The notes under the pieces are model-generated. The model worked only from the letters and a program-made list of their open reading frames with translations. It ran no database searches and was not told where the DNA came from. A stretch of 52,609 nt of DNA, counting the filler, from Squatina squatina (lineage: Eukaryota): NCBI GenBank assembly GCA_031763465.1. It is 3 parts of 3 records of this genome, joined end to end, with 100 filler letters (N's around TTAATTAATTAA, not from the genome) between each part and the next. Parts side by side here need not be neighbours in the genome. Positions count along the whole stretch, not along the records: positions 16,639 to 32,552 come from JARFOE010000176.1; positions 32,653 to 52,609 come from JARFOE010000168.1; 1 more part is not named here. One strand, written 5' to 3'. Below are positions 25,027 through 37,539 of the stretch, one piece after another. Each line of letters starts with the position of its first letter. The first letter of the stretch is position 1. Both the position numbers and the translations under genes were made by a program.

Positions 25027-25202
25027 AGCATTGAAGTTTGCAAAATTTGTGTTGTCTCCAACACTTTTATTTGGAGAAGTAGGAGCAAATGGATCAAGCT
25101 GATTTTCTTTATGGAATGAATCCCCTGAATTAAACGGATGGAAAGGATCATTCAATTTGAAAGAGTCAGAAGATTCTGACTTTATAAGGGAAGGTCTTTT
25201 AC
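25027..25202 (-). CDS. EPS15: EPS15 penultimate exon (DPF motifs)
   Basis: aatgtag|GT KRPSLIKSESSDSFKLNDPFHPFNSGDSFHKENQLDPFAPTSPNKSVGDNTNFANFNA|gtaagt. Confidence 0.9.
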
Positions 25203-25570
25203 CTACATTTAAAAGAAAAACACACAAATATTAAACATGATTGCCATTAAAACAACATTCCTTGATGTGAGAGTTGAAATGGTTAAATGTCAAATGAGTT
25301 ACAATTTGATGAGAGGGAAAGTGAATGTCATTGTAAATTGGGAAAAAAGGCAAATTCCCCACAGTGAGCAAAGGACACTTGATTAACTTTGTCTGAATAA
25401 TCAGAAGAAATAGAATTAGCATTTGAAACAAAACGATACAATTTTTGAAGTCCTCCCAGTCACTTACCAGNNNNNNNNNNNNNNNNNNNNNNNNNNNNNN
25501 NNNNNNNNNNNNNNNNNNNNNNNNNNNNNNNNNNNNNNNNNNNNNNNNNNNNNNNNNNNNNNNNNNNNNN

Positions 25571-26460
25571 AGGTGTAGTTGATGGTGAGGCACAACGGTA
25601 CCCCGCCCCACCATAGTGGTAAGTGTGAAAGGAATGGCTTGTGTTTTGTAGGGATGCTTTATGGTGTTGGTGTGGGATGGTGCCAGCCTGGTGCATCATG
25701 TGGCAGCCAGGGTGTACAACGTCAAGTGAATTAAATTTGGCCATTGTGAAGCCATCCCTGGCATCCCGGGCAGCAATGTGGTTGGGTGCTGATGCCCTCT
25801 GTCCTATGTAGCATCAGTTGATTGCGGAGAAGGTTGGTGTTGTTGTTGTTGGTGCTGCTGGTATGCCTGGTGCTGCTAATTGTGGTGAGATTCTGAGGAG
25901 CAATGTGAGACAGTATAAACCATACCTGTTCTGATGTAATAGATGGCAGCTGAAGTTGAAATGATAGAAGCAATCGGTCAATGGTGAGAGAGGTTGTTCC
26001 AATGAGGTGACACTGGATAGAGAGCTTGTTCCTAACACTTACAACCTGCACAAAGCTCAGTCTATCTTCCAACTGCAGTAAGCAGCAGCTTCTGAGCTTG
26101 GAAAGTGAACAGCTGTGAGATGGAGCTTTTATAGCACATTTGCAGCTGTCAAGTAATGAGATGATTCCATGGTCATTCAATTCCCCCCCTGCTTACCTGA
26201 TGTGATCCCCGGGCAACGTGGACCCCGTCGCCCACTTGGTAAACCCTGAAGGCGAGCTGAAAATAGTTTTTAATCTTCTGTTGACAAGGTCATAAAAACC
26301 TAAATTGCCTCCCCCGCCACTATGTTTCAGGTCTGCTCAGTGCTGACAGACCCGACATTTGGGAAAGGCGCATGGTGGTGGGTTGACAGTGGGGTCCCGA
26401 CCCACTGTCAAAAAAACACTGTCCCACCTGACCTGCCTGCTGACCCTCAGAAAATTCCCC
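25571..26460 (-). mobile_element. Degraded Harbinger-like element with GC-rich terminal region
   Basis: Resembles Harbinger-type internal sequence; GC-rich end with internal inverted repeat tgacagtggg/cccactgtca and terminus gaaaattcccc. No clean ORF. Confidence 0.4.
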
Positions 26461-29194
26461 CATTCTCTTTACTGTTGTGAATCCATCAAACTCCCGTATT
26501 ATATGTGGCAGCAACTGTTTCCAAAGTATTTGAGTCTGTCAATATCTCATTAACAAATATACTCACGATCTACACTATTAAAAACAAACAAATGGAAAAG
26601 AAAGCAAGTATGGTCAATTCTGTTGACTTTTACATTGTTTTATAAGAAGAAGAGTTTATATTTGCTACCTATGTAGCAATGACAATTTATTCAAAGTTCA
26701 TCTGAGCTGTGTCCCAACATTACCTCACCTTTATAAAATGGACATTGTTTGCATAATTGAACTGAACAGTTAATTTTTTTAATAACTTTGCAGTTCAGTA
26801 CTGGTGCATTTTGCACTTGGCATTTAGAATTTAGTTTTTGCTTGTACCTTTTATCATTTTTGCAAAAACCTTTGACTTGCATCCAAAACTTTCCTACAGT
26901 CTTTTTTACTTGCTCCATGTTGTAAGTTGTAGCTAACGAAATCCTGCGAATACGTATTGCGTGTTCCCAATATGCTGCATGATTTAGTTTTAAGAGGGAC
27001 ATCACATGCAGGGGTATGAATAAACCTTGAGATATTTGTGTGCACCCAAGGTTATCCCTTTGTGATGTTTCTTATTTGACTTTTTGTTGAGGCACAGTGA
27101 TCATGGAAAATACAGCTTCTAGCATATTTCAACAGTAAATATATTAAGCAGATATACTATAGAGACAAGAGGCAGTTTAGGTATTTTCCTTCATTATTCT
27201 GACAGTATACCTCAACCTCAGTCTTTTTTATACTAGTTTTATTCACCATAATTGTCCTATTGCATAATATTAAAAAATAAGACTGAAGTCAATTTATATT
27301 AGTATATGATATTCCTAATTCATCACCTCAACTTGGCTCAGTTGGTAGCAATCTTACCACAGGGTCAGGCGATTCTGCCTTTGAACCCACCCCAGGCCTT
27401 CAGTACATATTCTAGATTGGCAGTCCAGTGCAATACTGAGGAAGTGCTGTATTGTTGAAGTGCTGCTACATTTTGGCGCCTTTTTGCCTTCTTACTCTAG
27501 ATTTTTTGACCCCCATAGCTTAGGTTACTCTCATAAGAAGTATCAACTCTGTGCCTTTGAGAGTGTCTTCACTAGCCTTGGTATCTAAGTAAGCTTTTGG
27601 TAACATGCTAAAAATAATGAACAGAGCAACGCATCCATTAATTATCTTAGTTCTTATAATTATCCTATGCCTCCTTAATGTCACATTTTCAATAAGCAGT
27701 AGAGCATCAAACCTCAACTGCTCCAACTACAATCACCACTCATGACAAACCTGTAACCACTAATACTTCACCCTATTGTTATACAATCCCAAGACATTTT
27801 TTCAGACACAAAACATTTGGAACGATAACATTTATAATTGTTCTCCTAGGTGGTTTTCACAGTTCAAGTGGACATAGTTTGAAAATTTCACTCACTCACT
27901 TGACTGAATTCTAGTGAATCAATGCCAGCCTCACAAAAAATAAAATGAGCCCAGTGGTTGAATGAGCATCTTCTGCAAGCATCTTTCTGTTCCTGGGAAC
28001 TGCTTTCCATTGTGATGAATTAATTCAGTGAGGGGAGATTATAGGTCCCCTTAACTGATCCATGAGAGAGAGTAATGTTCTAATCTACAGCATCAACTCA
28101 TTTCCCCAAACCAATTTGAACTTGAAAAGTACCTAAAATGCAGCATGGACAAAACATAGTTAAGCATCTTTTAGTGCACAGAATAGAGACATATATCGTT
28201 AGGAAATACCAATATTATTTAAATCATAATGGAAACTGTGTACAGTTCTTCAAGCGAGTCATCTAGATTTTTTACAATTTACAGAAAAGTATGGATATCA
28301 TTCCCAGCTGATTTTGAACAAGAGTCACCAAAAAAATTAAATGGTGTACATAAAATAAAACTGTCCATTCTCTGATCAGCAAGCAGCCTTTACACAGAAT
28401 AAAGCAGATAAGTACATACAAACCCATAAGATAATTTAAGCTGCAAAGGAATCCTTTTGTGGGGAGCTTTATATATAAACTTTCTTTCAATTTAGCTGCA
28501 CAAATTGTTGTACAGAGTCGAGTCACCAGAAAAAGGAAACAGGTTTTCATACAAACAGCTGGTTTTCAAAACTGCAAAGCCAGAAACAACATGGTTTTAA
28601 GTAACAGCTAAATTGAAATTTGAATTTCAATGGGAATAAAAGGTAATTCAAATTCATGTCAGCTGCTTCTGTAGCAAAGTGTACACACCAGACTGAGGAT
28701 TTTGAAGAATGGGTTATCTATCATTTACTGAATATGAAATGTAAGAATTAAAATATAGTATTCATCTCTTCCATATAAACTGGGCCTGTTTTTGCAATTT
28801 TATCAGCAGCAGCACATAAATAAACTATATAACTCACCCACAATGAATTGGCCTTTATGAAGGGACACACAATAGTACTCAAGGTGTCAGTGTTGAGCTT
28901 ATCCAAAGAAAGAGATGATGACCCAGGTTAGAACTGCATGCATCTGTACAGTATTATTTATCATAGGGGTTTGTCAACATCACAGATGACTGTNNNNNNN
29001 NNNNNNNNNNNNNNNNNNNNNNNNNNNNNNNNNNNNNNNNNNNNNNNNNNNNNNNNNNNNNNNNNNNNNNNNNNNNNNNNNNNNNNNNNNNNNCAGCTCC
29101 TGAAAAATAGCCAGAAAAATACAGCAAGGGCAACATGACTTTGCAGATGCTGATCGTTTAATTTAAAAATAAAACTGGTGCAACTAACACTTAC

Positions 29195-29267
29195 CTGGAC
29201 CTCACTCGTTCGCTGCTTGATGGCCTCCTCTTTTTCTTTAATTTCCACTTCCACACTGCTTTTCTCC
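29195..29267 (-). CDS. EPS15: EPS15 coiled-coil exon
   Basis: ttccag|G EKSSVEVEIKEKEEAIKQRTSEVQ|gtaagt; 73 bp. Confidence 0.9.
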
Positions 29268-31951
29268 CTGGAAGACCAGCAGACAAGGCAGGTATATTTA
29301 AGGACATCAGCGACAACAGGAACAGCCAACCAGCTCCCAAACCCTGACTCGCTCTTCAAATGCATCTTCAGGCAGTGATCTAGTGCTTGAGATGGGGCCT
29401 GGGTTGGATCTCTGTATACCTTGTACGGATAGGTTTTTAAACTATGGATGAAAAGACCAATTTCACCGAGGAATGAAAATGTCTGATCTCAGAAGTGGGT
29501 TTTGTGAAAGAGAGGCGCGAAAATCAATGAGACGTTTTCTCACCACAAATGTCACTGTTGCTATGGAGCTGTCAGCTAATCGAAACTAGAGTTTAGAGGA
29601 AGAGGAGGAGCTAAAAAGATCATCCCACCATTAAACAATATTATTCAGTGTTAAAACACTAAATTTTAAACTACCATTACACACACTCTTTTGCTGATGC
29701 CAATAAACTGGTAAGTTTTACAATAACTTTGTTTTTACAATAAACCTATGTTTTAAAAAACACAATGTCCATCAGAATTTGACAATATGAATAATGCCTG
29801 TATTTTTTCTTTTTAATAATGGATTTTGACTGCACAAAATCAGCACTTTAATGTTGGAATACTATTAAACTATACAACATACATGAATTATGGGCACTGT
29901 GGCTTTCTTACACTATATTCATTCCTCCATCTATGTGCATGATGTGAGAATTTCACAATATCACATCAATAGCAAACAGGAATATGCTTGCATGATTTCA
30001 TCTAGAAATAAGTCCTCATTAAAACGCATCTGGCAGTGCACAGACATTGCTGAAGAATTATTTTTTGACCTGTCAGTTATCTTTTCTACCCTGCAACACA
30101 TTTTCCCTCTCTTTCTCAACCCCCGCCTCCCTCCTGGATAATTTTCAGACTCACCGTTCATTAGGTGGAGAGCGGTGCCGTGGAGATTTTAAACAATCTC
30201 TTACCACTCGCATCATCTTTGCAGCACATTCTGCTTCATTCTAACTTGGTACTGAGCTTAGCATTACAAGTGTGAGGTTCAAAATCAAATGCAGATCAAC
30301 TGAATGTCAAGAGTGAATCCTACGACTGCAGACCTGCATGATATAATCAGCAAAGACTGACGTTCNNNNNNNNNNTGCAAGCCTGCCCTCTCTCACCGTA
30401 TACGCAGACAAGGGCTTCAGATTCTACAGAATCATTTCAGATACCAGGAAATAGCAGTCACGTGGAAAATACCCCAGCCCGAGAGACTCTCCACAGTAGA
30501 TTTAATCTTTCGTTTCATTTACTATTGATGGGGTGGGGTGGAAAGCAGGAGGAGATGTTGGGGGATGGTTCCCTTGATCTTCCCACGAAATGCCTGATTG
30601 GGCTTTTAAATTGAAAACGACAATTCTCTGGTGTGAATCCCTGTTTAATTACACTACAACTGCTGCTTGCCGTGAAAACTGAACATATAAATAGCATGAG
30701 GCTACACTGTGTGACTGTGTATGAGGGTGACTTGCACTGGCCAAGGCAGCAGCAGCAGAAGAGTGATGAAACAAACAGGTCAACTGAAGGAGGCTATGGG
30801 TCAATAAGAATAAATTAAAGGCTGTTTATTAAGAACAGGAAGTGAAATCTAAGTACAGGTAGGTAACGTAAGGTCTCAGGCTCATTTTTAGGCACAATTA
30901 AATCAATGCATCAGCATTCACTAACAACCTTGTAGGGTAAGAAAGACATGCAAATTATAGCTATGACTATCTTAAAGCCTCTGGTTTACAGGCTTCAGAC
31001 AGCCACTGATCTTTAGTTTCGAGCCTCTGATGCGCACTCGATAAAGCCCTTTGGAATTTCTCCAAGTTGTAAACATGATCTGATGGGTTAAGCTTCAACT
31101 GATGTTCTAAGCATTATTGATTATTGTAATCGAAGCTTTTAATGGGCAATTCACCCATCAGTTGTCAAGTCAAAATGATGAAGATATTTATTACATAGGT
31201 GCCTCACAATTTAAATGCAATTTATTAGTGATTCAATAAAACAACCAGGACCTATAGAGTTGACTTTAGATGAACCTTCGGACGTATGTTAAGAACAGTA
31301 CATTTTAATTTATTTTTTTTAAATGCAATAAAAGAATATCACCAACTTAAGTACTTTAGGTAGACCATAAGTCACAATATGCAACAGGAACTTTTTACTT
31401 GAATTTGCAGGAATCAATTCAGCAAAACAGATAAATACTGCTAAGACTACGTGTCAGATAGGTTCCTATCATACTCTTGCTTCANNNNNNNNNNNNNNNN
31501 NNNNNNNNNNNNNNNNNNNNNNNNNNNNNNNNNNNNNNNNNNNNNNNNNNNNNNNNNNNNNNNNNNNNNNNNNNNNNNNNNNNNCTCAATATGTCCTTTT
31601 TTTTTTCCGTAAAGAGTGGGACAAGGAAGAAAGCAGTGAATGTGGTGTTTTGTAGGCCTACAAAGATATCCTGCACTGATCCAGTCACCTCTTCACGACA
31701 TTCTGCTTCAGTCACACAATTAGAAGGTGAATATTTCTAAAAACACAATAATGTGCACATGCATGTAATTACCGATAATTGTAATATCAAGCCTAAGCTA
31801 TTCAGTACAATAATTGCCATCTCTTTTAGAGTTATTTTATGGTACAGCAAACAAGTACAAATGTTAAAGTATCAGATGGTTTGACATAACTTTGCCCAGT
31901 TGGAGGTATTTTTGCACAGAGCAGAGCAGTATACAGTGACAAACATTTTAC

Positions 31952-32037
31952 CTGTGAAGATCAGCAATTTCATTGTGTATCGAATCAAGTTCTTTGATGG
32001 CTGAAAAGTCAGCTGTAGTGTTCAGAGACGCTCCATT
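31952..32037 (-). CDS. EPS15: EPS15 exon at start of coiled coil; not in ORF track
   Basis: tttccacag|NGASLNTTADFSAIKELDSIHNEIADLH AG|gtaaaa; 86 bp; phase 2 joins the 29195-29267 exon. Confidence 0.9.
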
Positions 32038-32596
32038 CTGTGGAAAGCATGTTGTGTGTTATTTAAGCATCCAACACTTACAATCATGTGAATTCAAAAT
32101 CAGTTTAAAGTTCACCAGCTTACTCTATTTCGTGGCTTAAATATAATTTTGTAGTTTAAAAAGAACATGTGTGATGTCAACTTTGAGGCGTAATTCTGGA
32201 CCTGAACTTGCCCATCAAACATTCTGCTGCTCCAACATGTTATTGCAACACAACTAAACAAAACTGACTATTCCACACTAAACAGGTTTCAACTTCAAAG
32301 GCATGACCTACCAAATGGCACATAAAAGTTTAATTCTGAGCACCAGATTAAGGTGCAGCACAACAACTGGATGTTAAAGGAGACAACTGTGACAAGGTTA
32401 GATGTCCCACAACCTGACCCTAATGCTAACAGGGAGCAGAAAAACTGGTCAAAATATAGATATGAACAGTTCTCCCCCAACCCCTCCACATTGCTTCAAT
32501 CTTCTGCTAGTTCATTTGTTAACTCAAAAGAACAGATTATTTAGTTTAGTATNNNNNNNNNNNNNNNNNNNNNNNNNNNNNNNNNNNNNNNNNNNN

Positions 32597-32608
32597 TTAA
32601 TTAATTAA
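32597..32608. other. Artificial six-frame-stop linker in assembly gap
   Basis: N44-TTAATTAATTAA-N44 (32553-32652, total 100). Confidence 0.95.
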
Positions 32609-32652
32609 NNNNNNNNNNNNNNNNNNNNNNNNNNNNNNNNNNNNNNNNNNNN

Positions 32653-33161
32653 AACTGATTCTACATCTTGATCTTCCAAGCCAGGATCCTGTCTCACTAT
32701 TGTATTGACCTCATCCTTTACTAACAACGCTACTCCACCTCCTTTTCCTTTTTGCCTGTCCTTCCTAAATGTCGAATTCCCTTGAATGTTCAGTTTCCAG
32801 CCTTGGTCACCCTGCAGCCACATCTCCGTAATGGCAACTAGATCATATCCACTTCTGTTTTGTGCTGTCAATTCATCTACCTTGTTGCGAATGTTTCGTG
32901 CATTCAGATTTAATTTTGCCTTTTTGACATTTTTCTGTTTTTTTTACCTTATTTGCTGCTGGCCTTTTTCCCGCTGCCTTCCAATTTCACTTGCTACGTT
33001 TCTGCCTTCTACTTTCAGCTATGTTTCCCTCCTTCTGAATCCACTCTCAGGTTCCCATTCCCTTGCCAAATTAACTTAAACCCGCCCCAACAGCATTAGC
33101 AAATCCCCCTGCAAGGATATTGGCCCCGGTCCTGCTGAGGTGCAACCCGTCCGGCTTGTAC
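32653..33161 (-). mobile_element. CR1 LINE fragment: ORF1 esterase C-terminus and start of ORF2 endonuclease
   Basis: YKPDGLHLSRTGANILAGGF, then YDLVAITEMWLQGDQGWKLNIQG...FRKDRQKGKGGGVALLVK. Confidence 0.85.
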
Positions 33162-33917
33162 NNNNNNNNNNNNNNNNNNNNNNNNNNNNNNNNNNNNNNN
33201 NNNNNNNNNNNNNNNNNNNNNNNNNNNNNNNNNNNNNNNNNNNNNNNNNNNNNNNNNNNNNGATGCACAAGGCATCGCGGTTGTGTGGGACAGGATGAAT
33301 GGGCCAGAGGGTCTTTCCCTGTCCATGCGTTTGTGTGTATGTATTGATAGGTTACCAGCACGCAACTCCCAGTCCCTATTTCCCCTCGCAGAGTGATCAA
33401 TAACCAGGGGGTGTAGATCAAAAGTAATTGGTGGAAAGATTTGAGGAGAACTATTTCCACCCAGAGGGTTGTGGGGGTCTGGAACTCGCTGCCTGAGAGG
33501 GTGGGAGAGGCTCCCACAGCTACACGTTGCTACTCCCAATAGGTTCCAAATAGCAACACAAAAATCATCAGGCATTTTCACTACTTACACCGAGGCAAGT
33601 CTGCAAGCAAAACCGGCTTAAACATGCAAGTTAATCTTAGTGCAGGTTACACAGTGACGCACATAGGTGGGTTGCAGCAGCGGAGCAAAAAGCCAAGGAC
33701 AGGACACTGCCACGGTACATTGTTAAATCAGTAACATTACACAGTATCGTAAAATAGAAAAGTGAACACTCACAAAAATAGCCCATGAAGAGAGCGTTGA
33801 TAGAGAAGGTTGTGGAANNNNNNNNNNNNNNNNNNNNNNNNNNNNNNNNNNNNNNNNNNNNNNNNNNNNNNNNNNNNNNNNNNNNNNNNNNNNNNNNNNN
33901 NNNNNNNNNNNNNNNNN

Positions 33918-34190
33918 CACTCAAATCTCCTCTTACCAAGGCCTAACTAGTGATTCATAAAGGTTCATCATAGCTTCCTTGCTTTCTGTACTCTATGCCT
34001 CTATTAATAAAGCCACATGCTTTTTTAACAGCCTTCTCCTCTTGTCCAGTCACCTTCAAAGATTTTATACGTACACCCCCAGGTCTCTCTCTTCCTGCAC
34101 CGTCTTTAAAATTGTGCCATTTAATTTATATTGCCTCTCCTCAGTCTTCCTACCAAAATGTACCATTTCCCAAGCAAACCTCCTCCAANN
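33918..34190 (-). mobile_element. CR1 RT fragment
   Basis: Reverse strand resembles the CR1 RT C-terminus (tataaattaaatggcacaattttaaagacggtgcaggaagagagagacctgggggtgtac); a more degraded piece at 1-290. Confidence 0.6.
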
Positions 34191-34349
34191 NNNNNNNNAT
34201 TTTGCATCATGTCCCTTCTCAGTGTTTTTACTTTGTGATTTTCTCCTTGCTCTCCCCTGAAAAGGATATCATTTCGGAAATTGAGTTCATCTCTACAATA
34301 AACGCAGATGAAATCTCTTCCTTGCTCTGCAGCTGACCGTTCAGGATAA

Positions 34350-34782
34350 GGCTCAATGGGTGGCTCGCTCGCCTCTTTAGTCAGAAGGCTGCGGGTTCAA
34401 GCCTCACTCCAAAATCCAGGCTGATACTCCTAGTGCAGTGCTGAGGGAGTGTCGCACTGTCGGAGGTGCCGTCTTTCAGATGAGACGTTAAACCGAGGCC
34501 CTATCTGCCCCCTCAGGTGCACGTAAAAGATCCCATGGCACTATATCGAAGAAGAGCAGGGGTGATCCAAGCCTGGCCAATGTTTTTCCCTCAACCAACA
34601 TCATTAAAACAGATTTTCTGCTCTTTATCACTTTGCTGTTTGTGGGAGCTTGCTGTGTACAAATTAGCTGCTACATTTCCAACAATAGTGACTACACTTC
34701 AAAAGTACTTAATTGGCAGTAATGTGCTTTGGGACATCCTAAGGTTGTTTAAGGCACTATATACATGCACGTCTTTCTTTTT
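34350..34782 (+). mobile_element. tRNA-headed DeuSINE (SacSINE1-like), near full length
   Basis: Head with A-like box and B box ggttcaagcc; Deu core gtgcagtgctgagggagtgtcgcactgtcggaggtgccgtctttcagatgagacgttaaaccgagg...aaagatcccatggcacta; T-rich tail. Confidence 0.85.
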
Positions 34783-34922
34783 ATAAGTTTCTTCAGATTC
34801 TGATTCTTTTCATCTTTTACGGNNNNNNNNNNNNNNNNNNNNNNNNNNNNNNNNNNNNNNNNNNNNNNNNNNNNNNNNNNNNNNNNNNNNNNNNNNNNNN
34901 NNNNNNNNNNNNNNNNNNNNNN

Positions 34923-35078
34923 GGTCATTATCACATTGCTGTTTGTGGGAGCTTGCTGTGCGCAAATTGGCTGCCGCGTTTCCCACATTACAACAGTGAC
35001 TACCCAAAAGTACTTCATTGGCTGTAAAGCGCTTTGAGACGTAAAAGGCGCTACAGGAATGCAAATCTTTCTTTCTAT
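34923..35078 (+). mobile_element. DeuSINE 3' end
   Basis: tgctgtttgtgggagcttgctgtgcgcaaattggctgccgcgtttccc...caaaagtacttcattggctgtaaagcgcttt; matches tail of the 34350 copy. Related fragments at about 9190-9280, 13327-13390(-), 27333-27470, 41338-41520(-). Confidence 0.75.
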
Positions 35079-36592
35079 TTTGCTCTGTGGGTTTTCTGTT
35101 ACCCGACCAGGTCGGAAATGTCCCAGACACTTTCAACAGCAATGGTATCTCTTTGACGTCACCTGCCGAACCTTGGGATGTGCCCAGAAGCCCGTGTAGT
35201 GACAGGTGAAGCTCGCTGAAGAATCCAGACTGACAACGTCTAATTTCCAACAGGCAGCACTGCGACATTATCTGTGGCCTTCGATCATCAACATACTGTC
35301 ACACTTGTATTTCAGGCTGCTTTTCCTCATCGACCCTATTTAATAAATCACTGATCATTGCTTGTACTTTTATTTTTCTCGACATGTTCTTTGTGTATTA
35401 TAAGGGATGTGGAACACAGTGTTGTCTATCTATCTCCAGTCCACTGAGCGCATCCACCAACCCCCTCCTCCCCCTCAGCCACATTCCAGATCAATTTGTT
35501 CCTCACTTTTCTTTTGCCATAGGAGATGCGCCAGGTCACGTCAGGCTGCTCGCCTGGCTGCACTCTCCGTAACATCAACAAACCACGCAGCAGCACAAAG
35601 GCACAGAAAGGGTTGCCGAGAGGACAGACTGTCTGTGACTTGGCCACCGGGTCCTCCCGAGAAGCTCGTCGTGTTTAACCCTTTGGGCCGGTGGGCGCCG
35701 CCAGCTCGCTGAAAGCAAAATACCGAGAATGACAGCCTGCGCTCCTGCACAGGGACAGAGCGACTGTGAAAGCCAGACACACTTCAAGTGTGCGAGTATT
35801 CCTGCTCTCCACACCGGCAGCAAACCGCACTGCAAATCCTCTAAAGAGTGGGGTCCAGACTACACCGTTCATTAAACAGAAATTACCTAAAGCAGAGGTA
35901 ATGCATTATTTAGATGAATGCATTCGACAATATTCTGGAACATGCTAATCTGAGGTATCACTACACACCTATATCTTTAAAATGACAGTCTCTGATTTCC
36001 CCCAGAGTTCATAAATATCATAAGCAAACACAAAGAATAAAAACAAATCCGTGCACATGGGAAATCTGGCCAGGGACACACAGCACAGGCAACTTACCTT
36101 GCTGTCTGTCAGCTCGTTTTTTCCCTGTTTATAGAGACCAGCTTTTGTTGAGAAAGCTCCCACACACGAGCAAAACTGCGTTGGAGAAAGATCAGGTCAA
36201 TGCCATTATTTCAAAGGCTAAATAAATAGCCGGTCTCGCATTGCTCCACAGCCTCAATTAAACCGAAACCATCATTCAATTGCCAAGCTGCTGCCCAGTC
36301 CAGCCCCAAGAGCAATGTTCGGAGTTTCTGCTNNNNNNNNNNNNNNNNNNNNNNNNNNNNNNNNNNNNNNNNNNNNNNNNNNNNNNNNNNNNNNNNNNNN
36401 NNNNNNNNNNNNNNNNNNNNNNNNNNNNNNNNATGAAGGCGGCTCACCACCACCTTCTCGAGGGCAATTCAGGATGGGCAATAAATGCTGGCCTCGCCAA
36501 TGAAGCCCAAATCCCATGAATGAATTTTAAAAAAAGCAAGTTCTTTCTTATTATGCTGAATCATTTTTAACTTTAGTTAAGTTAGACTTTGT

Positions 36593-36960
36593 TCATGTGA
36601 TGTGGGAGTTGCTGGCAGGGCCAGCATTTATCACCCATCCTGATTTGCCCTTCAGAAGATGGCAGTGAGCTGCCTTGTTGAAGCACAGAGGGCAACCACA
36701 TTGCTGTGGGTCTGGAGTCAAATATAGACCAGGTAAGGATGGCAGATTCCCTTCCCTAAAGGACATTAATGAACCAGATGAGTTTTTGTCACAATCTGAT
36801 AGTTTCATGGTCACCATTACTGACACTAACTTTTTATTCCAGATTTATTTAATTAACTGAATTTAAATTCCCAGCTGCCGTGGTGGGATTTGTCCCTGGA
36901 TCATCAGTCCAGGACTCTGGATTACTAGTCCAGTAACATAACCACTATGCTACCATTCCC
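36593..36960 (-). mobile_element. Second tRNA-derived SINE family, near full length
   Basis: Reverse strand begins ggtagcatagtggttatgttactggactagtaatccag (tRNA-like A box) and ends gggcaaatcaggatgggtgataaatgctggcc...cacatcacatgaa; same tail in + orientation at 36433-36527. Confidence 0.7.
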
Positions 36961-37539
36961 CTGGGGCAGGTGAGTAAACTGTATGGATAAGTGAATCCGG
37001 GATTCAAAAACAGGCACTATTTCACCAATTTTCCTCCTCCTTATTCTGACGCAGCATATTCCTTTCTGTGAGAGCAAATAAAGAGATTTAGCTGTCGGGC
37101 ACGCCATCACATTCAAGAGCAATGAACCAGCATCTTAAAGGGAAAGGACAGGGGCTGTGCCAACATTGATTACACAGGTCGTGTGCATTGTAACACTTGT
37201 TCACAGAATCAGTGATCAAAACCGCTTGGTTTCACAGAGGTCACCTGCCTCTTTGTTATCTGTCAGTAAAGCATTTAAATGAGCTCGTCTGCAAGTGCTA
37301 TAAAGCTGAATTCCTCATAAATTAATGGATTCTGTCAAGCAAGCGCAGAGATGTTTAGACGTGGAATTCTGCTCGGCCCCTTTGATACGATGCTGCCTGT
37401 GTTCGGCAATATAGATGCATGTGAATCAATTACAACCGGGCTCTCCTTAACATACCCTTGGCTAACTTCCCTTCATCTAATTGCAAAACCATATCCACAT
37501 CTTACTCTTGATCCCACTGACCTTAGTTTGTAAAGATGT

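Noticed and set aside
34350-34420. tRNA-like A/B boxes (also 16043, 36900-36960)
   Set aside because: These are SINE heads, not tRNA genes; no cloverleaf is evident and each continues into a SINE body.
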